This document shows positions 46,101 through 60,413 of a DNA stretch of 64,000 bases, piece by piece. The stretch lies in assembly GCA_951406725.2 (NCBI GenBank), contig OX597816.1:129580001-129644000 (forward strand), in the 5' to 3' direction. The notes beneath the pieces were generated by a model, which saw nothing but the letters and a program-made list of their open reading frames with translations, was not told where the DNA came from and ran no database searches. The translations under genes and the position numbers were made by a program. Within the stretch, counting starts at the first letter, position 1. Each line of letters starts with the position of its first letter. Source of the DNA: Octopus vulgaris (lineage: Eukaryota).

Positions 46101-48564
46101 GGAATATGAAATGGTAACAAAATATTTCAGGTAAAAATGTTTAAGACAAAGGTAGTACATTCTGGCATAACAACAACAGAGATTCCATGGTGTTAATGTT
46201 GAAGACATGATGCACATCATTAGAAGCTGTCCTAAAATGTCATCACATCATTCATGGATGGCAGGGAAATATGTCCTGTGTATCATGTGATACACAGAAC
46301 AGGCAAAAGGTTGAAGCTATGTTTACAGACAGAAACTCCTCAGGTACAAATATTTGAACTGGACTTGAAGCACCACTAATGTTTAGTTAATAACCAATTT
46401 AATTTCTGCTGAACTATATAACAACAGTGAATGATTAAATTTATAGGAGAAACCCAGATAAGACATTTAGAAAATCTTAATCCAAGGGATGAGACAGGTA
46501 AGAGGACAGTTCAGTTGGTTGCATGCTAGAAATGGTCAAATATTTTGTTGATAAGGAATCAGATCATTGATTTTCTTGACAGTGGAATACGTTGTACCAT
46601 GTTTCTGAAGATGGAAATAGACATTTGTAGAGAGATAGAGTGAAGAATTTGGTGAGAATAATGAAGGGACATTGCCAGCATTTGTGGCCTTGTTGGTTTG
46701 AAGTGATTAGAAGTGATTTTTTCTATGTTGTATATATGTAAATGTGGTAGTAGACCTAGCAAGGCAGAGTGGGATAGATTAAGAGGAGAATAACATTTGT
46801 GGAATTAGATGTAAAGAAAACAACTTACAAAAGAAAGTTCTTTGTACTGCTTACAGAAGAAAGTTCTTTGAGAAGTCAGAAGAATGTGTAACATTGGTTG
46901 ATTAAATTCAGGTTTTTAGTATTTGAATTATTTCATCATCATCATCATCATTTAATGTCCGTTTTCCATGCTGGCATGAGATGGACAGTTTGACTGAAAA
47001 CTGGTAAGTATGGCAGCTGCATCATCTTCCAATTGGATTTGGTATGATTTCTATGGCTGGATACCCTTGCTAATGCAGAATTGTTAGCACTCTGGGCAAA
47101 ATCCTTAGCAACATTTCGTCCATCTTTACATTCTGAGTTAAAATTCTTCTGAGGTCAGCTTTGCCTTTCATCCTTTTGGGGGTCAATAAACCAAGTACTA
47201 GTTTAGTACTGGGGTTGATGCAATCGACTTACTCCTTCCCTCAAACTTGAAGTCAATATTTTTTTATTGTTTAACCCTGGTCACCTTATCTCTAACTGAG
47301 CAAATGTATGATCAAACGACATTCCAGCCATGACCATTATTTTATTTCTTCCAAATACAGTATATTTAGGATCATAATATCCACTGTGTGACCTTTTTAA
47401 GATGGTAGGCTGTGATTTGAGGGCAATTTTGTTGTTGTTTCCTGCATATATTTACATGTTCTAAAAAAATATAATTAGATAGGTAAAGAATTCAGAATAG
47501 TTTAATAAGTAATGAGGTAATTTAATTAGCACAAAGAGCTCTCTCCCACCCCCCACCCCTTTTTTGCTTTTTCAAGTATGCAATTTATCAACATAGAAAT
47601 ATTATATTAAGCAATTGCAGGGAGGTATTTGTTTATCAACTTCATATTTATTGATGCTGTATATGGCATAGTTAAAGAGTAATTTTCATTGCTTGCTAGT
47701 TTAGTGTAATGTATGAACCAAACAAACAGTAAAGTATTTACAACACGAGTAGGTAATATCATATTTGTGGCAGTGAAGATTAATCATGCTAAATCTATTT
47801 GGTTATACTAAGTAAACACCATAAAGTCTTAACATTATTTCATGTTATGTCTGTTTTGATGGAGTGAGCATACTCAGTCTGGATGCTGCAACAGTCACTA
47901 AATATGTGCAATGTTTCTAATTACTATATGTAATTATTAGGTGTTTAGCTGTATATTAAATAATATATTCTCAGAAGATTTCCTCATGCAATGCTGTATT
48001 CCGTACTCACTATTATAAACATCATGGAGTCACCCCTGCCCCACTCTCTCTGTAGTTAAATCTATTTTGCTAATATGGCTAAATATATTTTCTTTCTCTC
48101 TATCTATCCTAACTATCTATTTATCTATCTGCGCATCTGTCTTTTTTTACTTCCTTTCTTTTATGTCCGTTTTTTTTCCATGCTTGCATAGATTGGATGA
48201 ATATTTCAGGCATTGTTTTATAGTCAGATGCCCTTCCTGATGCTATTCTTCACCTGTTTTTCCAAAAATCACTTATTCCACATGGCATCAGAGGCATAAA
48301 GCATCTGAGACAATTTGATAGGAGAAACTGACAACAACTTTTACACTTTTGTTCAAGTGATTGCAGATGTAAACAGACAGATACATATTCAAGCATGCAC
48401 ATGCATGTGTGCACACACACACACACAAACACATACACATCATCATCATCATCATCGTTGTCATCATTTAACATCCACTTACCATACTAGCACGGGTTGG
48501 ATGGTTTGAATGAAAACTGCTAAGACAGGGAGCTGCACTAGATTTCGATCTGATTTGGCATGGC

Positions 48565-48609
<45 letters not shown>

Positions 48610-49156
48610 CTCACACGCAATAGTCTTCTTTCAGTTTTTAACCTATCAAATTGATTCACAAGGCTTTGGTCAATTTAGTGCTAACTAGAATACACTTGCC
48701 CAAAGTGTCATGCCATAGGAGTGATCTTCACAATTGATCACTCTTAATCATGCCATCTGAGTAGAATATACTTCCCTGAGGAACTATAATGAAACCAAAA
48801 CCTGTACATTGCTTTCATTAGTTGGCTATAAAGACCAGATTCACTTCAGTTTTCACTGTTTGTGTTGATGAGAAGTTTTGATCCACCTAATTTTATAGGA
48901 ATTATCTTCATTTCTTACTTTTAAATTTTAAGCATCTTTAGAGGGAGATTTTGTCTGCGAATTACTTGGATAATTTCAGCTGATCAAAGTAGTTTTTGCT
49001 ACCCACTATATTACATGTGTGAATCCTACATATTTTTATACCTTGGTTTAAATAACTCATCTTGCCAAATTACATATTATTAGAAGGTTTTTAAAATCAT
49101 TTCTGAAAAAAACTTTTTTTTGCAGACTTGTTTAAAGGTATTGTGTGTGCACGCAT

Positions 49157-49212
<56 letters not shown>

Positions 49213-49899
49213 CATCATCATCATCATCATTATCATATATATATATATTTACAATGAACAGTTTCTGTTTACCACTACCAAATTCACTTTACAAGTATTG
49301 GCCAGCCTGGAGCTATAGTAGAAGACATTTGTCCAGGTTTTTATTCAGCAGGCCTGTACTTGAAACTGCATGGTTGCAAAGTGAGCTTCCTAACCACACA
49401 CACATGTGTATGTGTGTGCATGTGTATGGCATGGCTGTGTGACTAAAAATCTTTTTCCCAACCTTGGAGTTTCAAGTTCAACCCTGCTATGTGACACCTT
49501 CATCAAACATCCCCTATTATAGCCCTGAGCCAACCAAAGCCTTTTGAGTCAATTTGGTAGATGAAAACTGAAATCAATTTGTTGTGTGTGTGCATGTGTG
49601 TGTGTGTGTATGTGTGTGTGTGTGTACATGCACATGTTTGCTTGGTTGGTTGTGTTCCTTTGTCTTGACATTGCACACCAGTTGTAAATGAGCATTGCCA
49701 TCACACATGTAGTATCCTTCATTTCAAATCTTCTGTGAAAACCTGTTCTGCCATGGAGAAATATTATTTTGTTTGGAAACAAGTGATGGTTGGTGACAGG
49801 AAAGGCATCCAGCCATAGAAAATTTACCTCAGCTAATTCCTTCTGACTCATAGAAGCATGGAAAAGTAGATGTTAAAAGAATGATGATATGTATATATA

Positions 49900-50595
49900 C
49901 AGGGTGTGGTGAATAAACTGTCATCTAAATTACACAAAAATGAAAATAACACTGACATCTCATTTTAACAAATATATTTACCAAAATTGCATAAAAATAT
50001 CTTGAAATACCAAAGAGTAAATTTATTCAATAAAATCGGCATTGGCTTCAACCATGGCCTCCAGACGACTCAAGAGGGTTATGCCTGGGGAGTTAGGTGG
50101 GCAGGTTTTAGGGATAATGTGGTTGCAGAAATTGTCTGACAGCCATGACTGGGTTCTCCTGCTTGTGTGGCATGGTGCAGAGTCTTGTTGCCAGACATAG
50201 GGTCTTCCAGCAGCCACCCTCTTGACCCAGGGCAGCACTACCTCCTCCAGGCACTTGATGTAGGCCTCAGTGTTGAGTATGAGGCTGTGTGGGAGGCATA
50301 ATGTTGCCATCACCAGTGATCACTCCAAACACCATGATGTTGGCTGGATACTTGATTTTTATCACTCTCGGTACCTGTCCTCAGATTGACACCCAAACAC
50401 ACTGAAATATCCATATTGGAACTTCCGGCTTGAATGCCAAGCAGTACAGCATGTCATTTCCAAATTTCTGGCTGAGTGAATTGCATCATGGTGCTGTTTT
50501 TATCACAGACGGTGCCCAACTGATCCTACTATACTGTGTAGTCAACAAAATCAAAAACAAACAATACACATGCATGAAATTAAAAATATAAAATG
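49900..50595 (-). mobile_element. Second deleted copy of the Tc1/mariner element seen at 11376-12710
   Basis: Same left TIR CAGGGTGTGGTGAATAAACTGTC; remnant YIKCLEEVVLPWVKRVAAGRPYVWQQDSAPCHT. Confidence 0.88.
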
Positions 50596-53500
50596 GCTCC
50601 TGTCAAGCCATCCAACCTATGCCAGCATGAAACAGAGACATTAAACAATGATGATCAGGATGATGATTATTGTTATGTTGATCTACTATCCATCACTGCT
50701 ATGTCAGCTGTGACAACCACTGTAATGACTATTGGTATCTTTGCTGTCAGCTGGTATATTGGGACTTCATACTGCATCTCCCTACCACTTTGGGCAACAT
50801 GCCCAACAACCAGTACCAACAGTTCTACTTATAAACTCCTCTGCAATACTTCTTAACAGTGACAATTATTAATATAGCACCAGTAGTATACATCAGTCTG
50901 AGTCACTGATTGGTTAGAAAAGTGATGATATAAGCACATTTGTTGATGAAGTAAAGGCACTAGCTAGTTGAACAGAAAATCAATGAGGTAGGCACATATG
51001 ATGTTGTCTGTGCATCTGGACAGATGAATAGCTGGTACATTTGTTGATTGTCCTGGAAAGCAATGACACATGCGTGTCTATTGATGCCAGCTTCTATGTT
51101 GTTAGTTGTTGGTTGTTGGCAAATGCTGACTGCCAATTTGTGCATCTGTATTTGAGTTACTGTATTCAGGGTACCACAAATACAATAACAAGCGGTATTT
51201 GCTAGAATGACATTGCACATATTCGAAACAAAAAGCAATATGCTTTATTCAATATTTTAGATAAAATAAACAACAAAAATACATGAAATGAATCATTTAT
51301 TGAGTTCCCTGTGATTTGACTCACTCAGCTGTTCCTGTATATTGCTTTATAAATTTATAGCTTAAGCAAAAAAAACAAAATAATAATAATAATAGCATAT
51401 GTTACATTTCCAAAATGTAAATGATTGTATGTATACTGTTTGCGGTAATTATTTTACACCAAGGCAATATTATTTTATTTGAGTTATGCAGAAATCTTTT
51501 ATCTATATTTTGTTACATTTAAATTGAATAAATTTAACCCTTTTTGCTTACAGCATCTACTTTCCAGTTGTTATAAGTTAGGAATATTTCATCACTAGAA
51601 TAAGAATAGTCTGGACAAAGTTCAGAAAGCTACTACTTCTGGTAGTAACAAAGGGCCTCTCCCTCAGAGTGAAAAGCAAATTGTCTGATGCCTGTGTATG
51701 ATCAGATATGCTACATGGCAGTGAGACATGGGCTACTGTGAGAACATGCGAAGGCTTGAAAGAAATGAAGCCAGTATGCTCTGCTGGATGGGTAATGTCA
51801 GTTTGCATATACAATGAGAGACTGTACTGGTACAATCATGTAATGTATATGAATAAAGACAATTGCATCAAGAGGTGCTGAGCTCTAATTGTAGAGGCAA
51901 TGTGTGGAAGGGATGGGACAAAGTGGTGAGAAAGGATCTTCAGATGTTGGGCCTCACAGAGGGGATGAGAGGGGATCGAAACTCTTGGTGGTTTGCTGTG
52001 CTTGAGAAGACATGTCAAGCTAAGTAAATACAGGCATATCCCCTTCATCCCTCTTCAGGTAACTGTTCCTCTTGTCTTACGGGCTTGTGGGTGCCAGTGC
52101 CACATAAAAGCACCTGTGCCGCTGCTGTGTAAATGCACCCAGTGCACTCTCTAAAGTGGTTGGTGTTAGAAAGAGGATTCAGTGGTAGAAACCATGCCAA
52201 AACAGACACGGAGCCCAGGCAGCTGGCCATCTCCTGTCAAACTGTCCAACCCATGCCAGTATCGAAAATGAATGTTAGATGATGATAATTATGATGATGC
52301 TGATGATAATGATGCTGTTGCTGATGATGATGCTGTTGCTGCTGCTGGTGGTGGTGGTGATGATGATGATGGTGATGATGATGCAAGGCCTGAAATTTTG
52401 AGGAGGAAGGGGTGCAGTTGATCACATTGACTCCACTGCTCAACTCACATTGACTCCACTGTTCTTATTTTATCAAACCTGAAAGGGATGAAAGGCAAAG
52501 TCGACCTCAACAGAATTTGAACTCAGAACATAAAGCCAGAAGAAATGCTGCTAAGCATTTTGTGCAGCATATTAATAATTCTGCCTATTCATCATCACCT
52601 TATATTTCATATAGTAATGTAATGTTTACATTTAAGTTTACAGCATTCAATTTTGATAATCAATGCAAACAACAAGTCTCATTGACATGTATTTATTTAT
52701 TTATGGATGTTATTGGTGACCTGGATTGTTGTGAATGTAAGTCTGTAATATAAAGGTTTCCTATAGAAAAATCTCTTTAGCCTAAGTCAGATGATGACAA
52801 AGGAAATATTTTAGCTACCAATTGTTTATGAGGTTAGGATATCATCTGTTCATATAAGTGTTTTGTTCTTTGAAGTCACTATTTTACAAGTTACATTGTA
52901 GGTACTGCAATCAATGCAAATATAACCATTTGTTTAGCTCAGCTTTCATAATTGAAAATGTTTGCATGCTACATTGTGAACATAATTAAAAATAAAACAA
53001 CATGCAATCCTCTTAATTGGAAATCCACATGTTTGTGTGGGTGGGTGTTTGAGAGCAGATTGGGTGGTAGAATAAAATATAGTTATTAAAATAACATGTA
53101 CATGAGCAGTATGTGATTTCTGAATAGAAAGAAGGAAAAATGGAGGAAAATAAATAAATAAAAACTGAGGGAAGAGAGAAAAAAGAAGTGAATTAATTGT
53201 ATGATATGATATTTCTTAATCTTCATTTGTTTCAGATTTACAGATTGAATATATCCCAGTGTAATGTATATATACTTATTTCTCTATATATTTTAACTCA
53301 TCATCATCATCGTTTAATGTCCGGTTTCCATGCTGGCATGGGTTGGACAAGTTAACTGAAGACTGGCGAACCAGATGGTTGCACCAAGCTCCAATCTGAT
53401 CTGGCAAAGTTTCTACAGCTTGATGCCCTTTTTAACGCCAACCACTTTGAGAATGTAAGGGTGCTTTTACGTGCCACCAGCATGAGGGCCAGTCAGGTGG

Positions 53501-53839
53501 TACTGGCAACAACCATGCTCAAATGGTGTTTTTTACGTGCCAGCAGCACTGGCAGGTTTCTGATTTTGACACAAGCTCAGCAATTTTAAGGGCAGAAATA
53601 AATCAATAACACTGACCCCAGTGTTTTATCGACCATGAAAAGATCAAGGTCAAAGTCAACCCTGGCAGAATTTGAATTCAGAATGTACAGACAGATGAAA
53701 TACCGCTAAACATTTCACCTGGCATGCTAACAGTTCTGCCAGCCTTACTATTAATTTATAATGGATTCAAACTCGAATGAAATATGTGTTTACTCAGGAT
53801 GTTTTAACAACTTTGAAATATCATTTTAACTATTTTCAG

Positions 53840-53980
53840 AAAAATATTATATTACTTGGAAGTTCTGGCTGTGGAAAAACAACAGTTGGTAGAATTCTTG
53901 GGATTAAACTTGGATTACCTGTGATAGATATTGAGAGTGACTATTTAGAAAATACCTGGAAAATGCCAGTGGCACAAAAG
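53840..53980 (+). CDS. THNSL1: THNSL1-like exon: shikimate-kinase-like domain with P-loop
   Basis: TTTTCAG|KNIILLGSSGCGKTTVGRILG...WKMPVAQK|GTAATG; 141 nt, phase 0/0. Confidence 0.9.
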
Positions 53981-54209
53981 GTAATGAACATGCCTTTTTT
54001 TATATTTTTTCAACATTTAACCCTATTTCTTCTTGCCAACTATTTTACTGGTTTTGTACCTGGTGTTCTTCTGCCTATGTAACAATGATCTATTTGCCAT
54101 TACTTCTAACAATACAAACTCCCATGCATATGATTCTGCCCTTTATTCCTTTCTGATCTTCCACAGCCAAACATCATCTGCATGTAACCTACACATACAT
54201 CATCATCAT

Positions 54210-55620
54210 CATCATTTACTGTTCATTGTCCATGCTGGCATGGGTTGGATGGTGTGACTAGAGCTGGTAAGCTGGCAGGAAAGGGGGATGGGCTACACCA
54301 GACTCCAGTCTGATTTGGCATAGTTCCTATGGCTGGATGCCCTTCCTAACACCAACCACCACTCCAAGAGAGTAGTGTGTGCTTTTTACTTGTCATTGAC
54401 ACATGTACCAGTTACATAACACCAGCATCAACTATGACTATGATTTCACTTGGCTTGACAGGGCTTCTCAAGCATGGAATATTGACAAAGGTTTTGATCA
54501 CTTGTCACTGCCTCCATGAGGCCTAACATTTAAATGGTGCTTTCTATGTGCCACCAGAACAGGTGCCAGTTATGCGACACTAGTATCATCCACAACTATG
54601 ATTTCACTTGGCTTGACAGATCTTCTCAAGCACAGCATATCACCCAACATTTGAGGGTGCTTTTTTCTTGCCAGTTACACAACACTGTGTTTGGCCATAA
54701 CTACAATTTCACTTGGCTTGATGGGTCTTCTCAAGCACAGCATATTGCCAAAGGTCTCAGACACCAACTTTCGAAGATCATGCTTCACCACCTTGTCCTA
54801 TGTCTTCCTGGGTCTACCTCTTCCACAGGTCCCCTCCACTGTCAGAGTTTGACACTTCTTCACACAGCTGTCTTCATCTACACGCATCACATGACCATAC
54901 TAGCACAATCATCTCTTGCACACCACATCTGGTGCCTCTTATGCCCAACTTTTCTCTCAAGACACTTACACTCTGTTGTGCATGCACACTGACATTACAC
55001 ATCCAGCGAAGCACACTAGCTCCAATTCTTTCAAGCCTATGCATGTCCTCAATGGTCACAGTACATGTTTTGCTGCCATGTAGCATTGCTGTTCTACATA
55101 GGCATCATACAATATACCTTTCACTCTGAGAGAGAGGCCCTTTGTTACCAACAGAGGTAGGCGCTCTCTGAACTTTGCCCAGTCTATTCTTATTCTAGCA
55201 GCTATTCTCTCAGAGCACCCACCCCTACTACTGACTTGGTCACCTAAGTAACAGAAGCTATCAACTACTTCTATTTTTCCCCACTGGCATTTGATGGAGC
55301 CTATTTTCTGTACATTTTTAGTGTTAATTGTACCTGTGCACAGAAAAATTATTTTCCTTGTCAACCTTCCTCTGATATTGCTGCACCTTTTATGTTTCCA
55401 TAGCTTACACCGAGTATGTCTTATGGAGTTTCTACAGATCGAGCAGGGCCCTCTACCAGAAGGGATTTGTGATCTGTGATTTATCTGCTCACCTACTTAC
55501 TAAGACTTAGGTTTTTGCTACATTAACTCTAACCCCTTTGATTCTAAACCATGCTTCCACGTCTAAAGTTTCTTCTCTAGTTCTGGAAGTGATTCAGCTA
55601 TAAGAACAAGGTCATCAGCA
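54210..55620 (-). mobile_element. Degenerate RTE-clade LINE fragment in a THNSL1 intron
   Basis: ADDLVLIAES near 55595-55620, VVDSFCYLGDQVSS.GGCSE..AARIRI.WAKFRE.LPLL, then the 3' repeat and (ATG)n tail. Confidence 0.85.
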
Positions 55621-56019
55621 TTAAATATGTTAACCCTAAGGTAACCACTGACTATCTGTCTGTGTGTATGTATGTATGTATGCATGTATGTATGTTAGTA
55701 TGTATGTGTGTATATATGTAAGTGTGTATGCATATATATCTGCATGCACACAGTATACTCTATCAAGTAGTTGAGATTAAGAAGAGCATCCAGCTGTAGA
55801 AGCCATGCCAAAGCAGACATAGAATATGGTGAAGCCCTCTGGCCTGTCTGTTCTTGTCAAACCATCGAACCCATGCCAGCATGGAAAAGGGACGTTAAAT
55901 GATGATGATAATGACAACATACATACATATATACATGCATACATACATACATGCATGCATACATAACTGAAATTTGACTTCTTTCATAGATTTGTTTCTT
56001 TCTTCTTTTGTTTGTTAAG

Positions 56020-56301
56020 CTTTCTGAAGTTGGAATAATGATTTTTCTTAAAGAAGAAAGCAAAGCTATGATGAATTTTGAGACCAAACAGCAAACTGTT
56101 ATTTCACTCACTTGTTCAAATCCTTTACATGTTGAAAGTTTCTCCAAAATATCCAAAAGTGGTGTGGTGGTTTTCCTAGATGTCAGCAAAGAAGACATCT
56201 TGAAACGTGCGACCAAAATGAAGGTGAGCAGAATAAGTGGTTTCAAGGAAGAAATAGCTTTAAAAGAAATTCTCAACTATCGCCAAACTTTTTATGAAAA
56301 G
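56020..56301 (+). CDS. THNSL1: THNSL1-like exon: remainder of the shikimate-kinase-like domain
   Basis: Polypyrimidine tract then AAG|LSEVG...VISLTCSNPLH...GVVVFLDV..EDILKR...MKVSRI.G...EILNYRQTFYEK|GT; 282 nt, phase 0/0. Confidence 0.9.
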
Positions 56302-59300
56302 GTATTGTTTTTCTTGTGTTTATTTTAGTTGTTTGTGTGAGGAACAGAACCAAAATCTTTGGATTTAGATTAGATTCATAAAACTCTTTAAACCTTGAGC
56401 CCAAAATATTGTATGAAATCTTAGTGTGAAATGAGTCTTGATAATAATAATTATCAAGGCAGTAAGATAGCAGATTTGTTGCATGCCAGGCAGAATGCTT
56501 AGCATTTCATCTGTCTTCACTTTCTGAGTTCAAATTCCACTGAGGTTGACCTTGCATTTTATCCTTTTGAATTTCAGAGAGAGAGTAAGTCAATTACATT
56601 GACTCCTGTGCTCAATGGTACTTAATTTATTGAGCCCTAAAGGATGAAAGGAAAAGTCAACCCCAGCAGCATTTGAACACAGAATGTAAAAATGGATGAA
56701 ATGCTACTAAGCATTTTGTCCGGTGTGCTAATGATACTGCCAGCTCAAACAAACTCTATGTGGTCATTTAGTATGCTAGAAACAGCAGGTATCACATGAG
56801 TCTTATGCAATTTTGTTTTTCAACATAATTGTAATCAAAATGTATGAAGTAACAAAGTCAAAATGCATGAAATATCCTTTCCCCCAACTCTTTTTTCACA
56901 TTAAATTCCTATATAATTGTAATCTAAACCTAAACCATCTGAAAGTTATTTGTAGAAAATTTCATAAAAAATCCCATTTTCTGAAAACTATTAGGAAACA
57001 ATTAAAGCATGTGAATTAGCTGAAACTCCTCTCCTAAATTCTGATATAATCTACATCACCTAAAGTGTATTTGTAGAAACTATCATTAATAAATATCCAT
57101 TTTTCAGAAAGTTATGAGGAAACAAATTTGTTGAGGCACATTTCTGTAGTTATGCTCTAAATTTACTGAGCGAATGAGTACCATTGGATGAATAACTGAT
57201 ACAAAGGAAACTTAGACGTAATGTATCAGAAAAATTACACAAGTTGGGAATCAAGTATATAAATATTGTTAAGGTAATATTTATCCCCACTTAAATGTGG
57301 ATGTTCTGTTAGAACAAATTATACTGTAGTAGATATCAAGAGAGAAACTCACAGGTTGGCTTTTGGTGCAGAATGCACTCTTGTTTATACCAAGTCCACC
57401 AGATCACATGAACTGACCTTCTTTGGTCTTTTCAATGATGAATGCTCAACTGCTAGAGATAGCAGTGACTTATCTCCCAGCCAGTGCCAGAACAGGTGCA
57501 GTGAAATTGTTAAAAAATATATATTAGCAACAGAGGCTATATTAATACTGATAGGCAATATTTATATTATCATATTTATTAATATGATATCATTAAGTAG
57601 AAAGACCATTCTCCAGGCAGTTTTTCTGCTAGTTTTGTTAAAACAATGTCATCCAGTTTGTAACTTTTTTTTTTAAATATGTATTTTTATACTTACTTTT
57701 CAAAGCTACCATATTTTGTTATATATTGTTTATTATATATTGGCCACATAAGACTGTTGTACATTACTGCTAGTCTAGAAAAACATTGTATATGTATATC
57801 CATCCATCTATCTTTTCTGCCCATTATTCTTAGAAAAGTCATAGGGATACAATCCTCAGACATCTCCTCCCTAACTTTCAACCTCTTTTCCATCCGAGGG
57901 TTTTTTTACCCAGTATATTACAAACTATAGTTGATAGCTGTATTCATTTCAAGATACACTGTTAAATGACTTATTTGCATATTCCTCAATACTTTTACAT
58001 TTATACTCTAAATGTAAACAACTAAAATTGTCATGTTTATATATCACACTGAGCTTGATAATTTCAGTCATTAACCAGTTTAGAAAAAATACTGAAGAAA
58101 GACATTAGTGACACTTGCTAGTATCACTAATGTCTTTGTGTATCCATCAGAAATCTAAAAGTTCAATTGTTAGTTATGGTTAGATGCTTGAAAATCATGA
58201 AATGGAGAACCAAGAAAATCAGGGTTATTATGTAGCAGAAGCTGGGGTTAGTTGGAGCTCTTTCACTAAAATGTTTTTCAACATATGATTATATTGTTAA
58301 ATCTATGGCATCATCTATTTTATAGATCTACATGTGTGCAATAAAATTTGGCAAACACATTCAGCAGAGGTGTAGAGTAATTTCTGAAGAAATGTAATTT
58401 TTGTGACTCAAGACTAAATATTTCAACTTACTGCATCTTGGAATAAGTTTGTACATACTATGGAGTATGTTGGATCATACCAGTTATAAAAAAAAATTCA
58501 AGAATTATGTTGGCATCATTTCAATTTTCAATTCCAATGCAGTGTTTATCAAGTAACTTCAATTAGGCATGATTGATTGTCAATTGATTTGTCATCTATA
58601 AGCTTTTATTGATCCACATCATGTCTCTCTATTTACTCTGGCTGATTGATAAATCAATAGGAGACACAAGTTTCTGTTGAGAATGCTTTGTTCTCTCACT
58701 GTTGTATGAAGTCATCAGAATAAATATTATGTCCTCACATTCATGTGTTCATATTTTAGCATTGTCTGACATTCTCAATTTGGGGCATGCACGACAAAAT
58801 CTTTGCTTCGAACATGTTTCAAAATTTTGTTTTTGACCTCATTATCTTCATTCATTTTATCAACCAGTGCAACATAAGGCATTTTTTCTTTATTTCTTGC
58901 AAGATGTTCAAAAACATAGCCTCCTATCCATATTTTTGAAGGGTCTCCACATTCCTGCCATGTTTCTTGAGAAAATGATACATTCAGTCTTTGCGAGCCC
59001 TTTCATTCTTCACTCAAGATTGGACTATTTTCGGGCAAAGTTATCACACATATTCAAATGTCAAACTCCTCATCTCCTTTTGAGTTTAAACATGCCTAAT
59101 TCATGTGCTGATGTACTTGTTATAGTGGGGTTAGTTGGGACCTGTTCCACTTATCCCCATGCAGCAATGACCTCAACATATGTGACACACACAACACAAA
59201 TTGAGACAAGTAAATTATTTGCTGCCTCCTTTTAATTATATTCTACTAATCAATCAACATATTAAAGCATTCATTCCTGTCTACTGTACTTATTAAACAA

Positions 59301-59880
59301 ATTCAACATTTCTTCTATCAAGTAAAAAATTTTACTGTAAGCTATGAAACATACAGAAGTTTTTCTGTTGACTTGAAGAACTTTTGCATTACCGTGATGA
59401 TTCCAGTATGATTGAAATGTAGTATAAGAGGTCCTGACTAGGCATTTTCTTTCTGTTGAAAAGGTGTTTTATCTTGATACCTTCTATTATAGATAACATT
59501 CCTAAATGACCTTGCATCTAGACTCAGTAATTAAATTAATGGATACATGTGTTAAGTGGTCTGCTTAAAGGCACTATAAAGTATTTGTGACAAACATGAA
59601 TTCTTGACCTTATTTATCAGTAGACTAGTGTCCCCCCCCCCACTCCTAGTTATTTTGCTTCTACATTTCTTGAAATATTTTTATTAATTGTAATTATTAT
59701 TTACAAATGAAGAATCTAATTTAGTTTTATCTCTTGAACATTTTAACTCTTTCTTTTTATTTGAAAAAGTTGTTATATTAATTAACAATATAATTATTTT
59801 TATGCTTTTGAATTTCATGAATTTTGAAAAGTAAAAATATAACTAAAATCTTATATATATATCCATATTTCAATAAACAG

Positions 59881-60413
59881 TTTTATGACGTGAGAATTAT
59901 ATGTGAAGAAAACGAAGATCCATTTTCAATAAGTGAAAAAATATTTAAGACCCTTAACAAATTGGATAATCCTTTTGGTTATGTATCTACAAGACACACT
60001 ACACAATCTGGACTACATCAAGGTCATATGGATTTTAAGACTACTTTGGTCTGTGGACTTGCAAAAGATGGTGGCTTATTTGTAGCAGAGGAGCACAACT
60101 TTCCAGCATTGACACCTGGTCAGTGGAAACGTTTGGTTGGACTTCCATATAATAAAATTGCCTCGCGGATTCTTGAACAGTGGATTCATCCATCAGATCT
60201 AATTCCACAAACATTAAATACATACATTGAAAATAGTTACAAAAATGAGATTTTTTCCAATGAAGATGTTATTTCTATAAAACATTTAACAGACAATCAA
60301 TATATACTTGAATTATTCCATGGTCCAACAGCATCATGTAAAGACTGTTCTCTGCAGTTGATGTCAAAGTTATTTTTAGAAGCTGTACAACAGGACACTC
60401 TAAAAAATAAAAA
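59881..60413 (+). CDS. THNSL1: THNSL1-like exon: threonine synthase N-terminal region including the PLP-binding lysine motif; the gene continues beyond the window
   Basis: CAG|FYDVRI...YVSTR...GLAKDGGLFV...ILELFHGPTASCKD.SLQLM...|GTAAGT. Confidence 0.92.

Noticed and set aside
48776-48806. CTGAGGA...GAAAC...GTA as a hammerhead
   Set aside because: Stems I and II do not pair; may be chance or too eroded to call.
56880-57130. Diverged ~120-bp tandem duplication in a THNSL1 intron
   Set aside because: Only two AT-rich copies, with no structure or coding signal; likely an ordinary local duplication.
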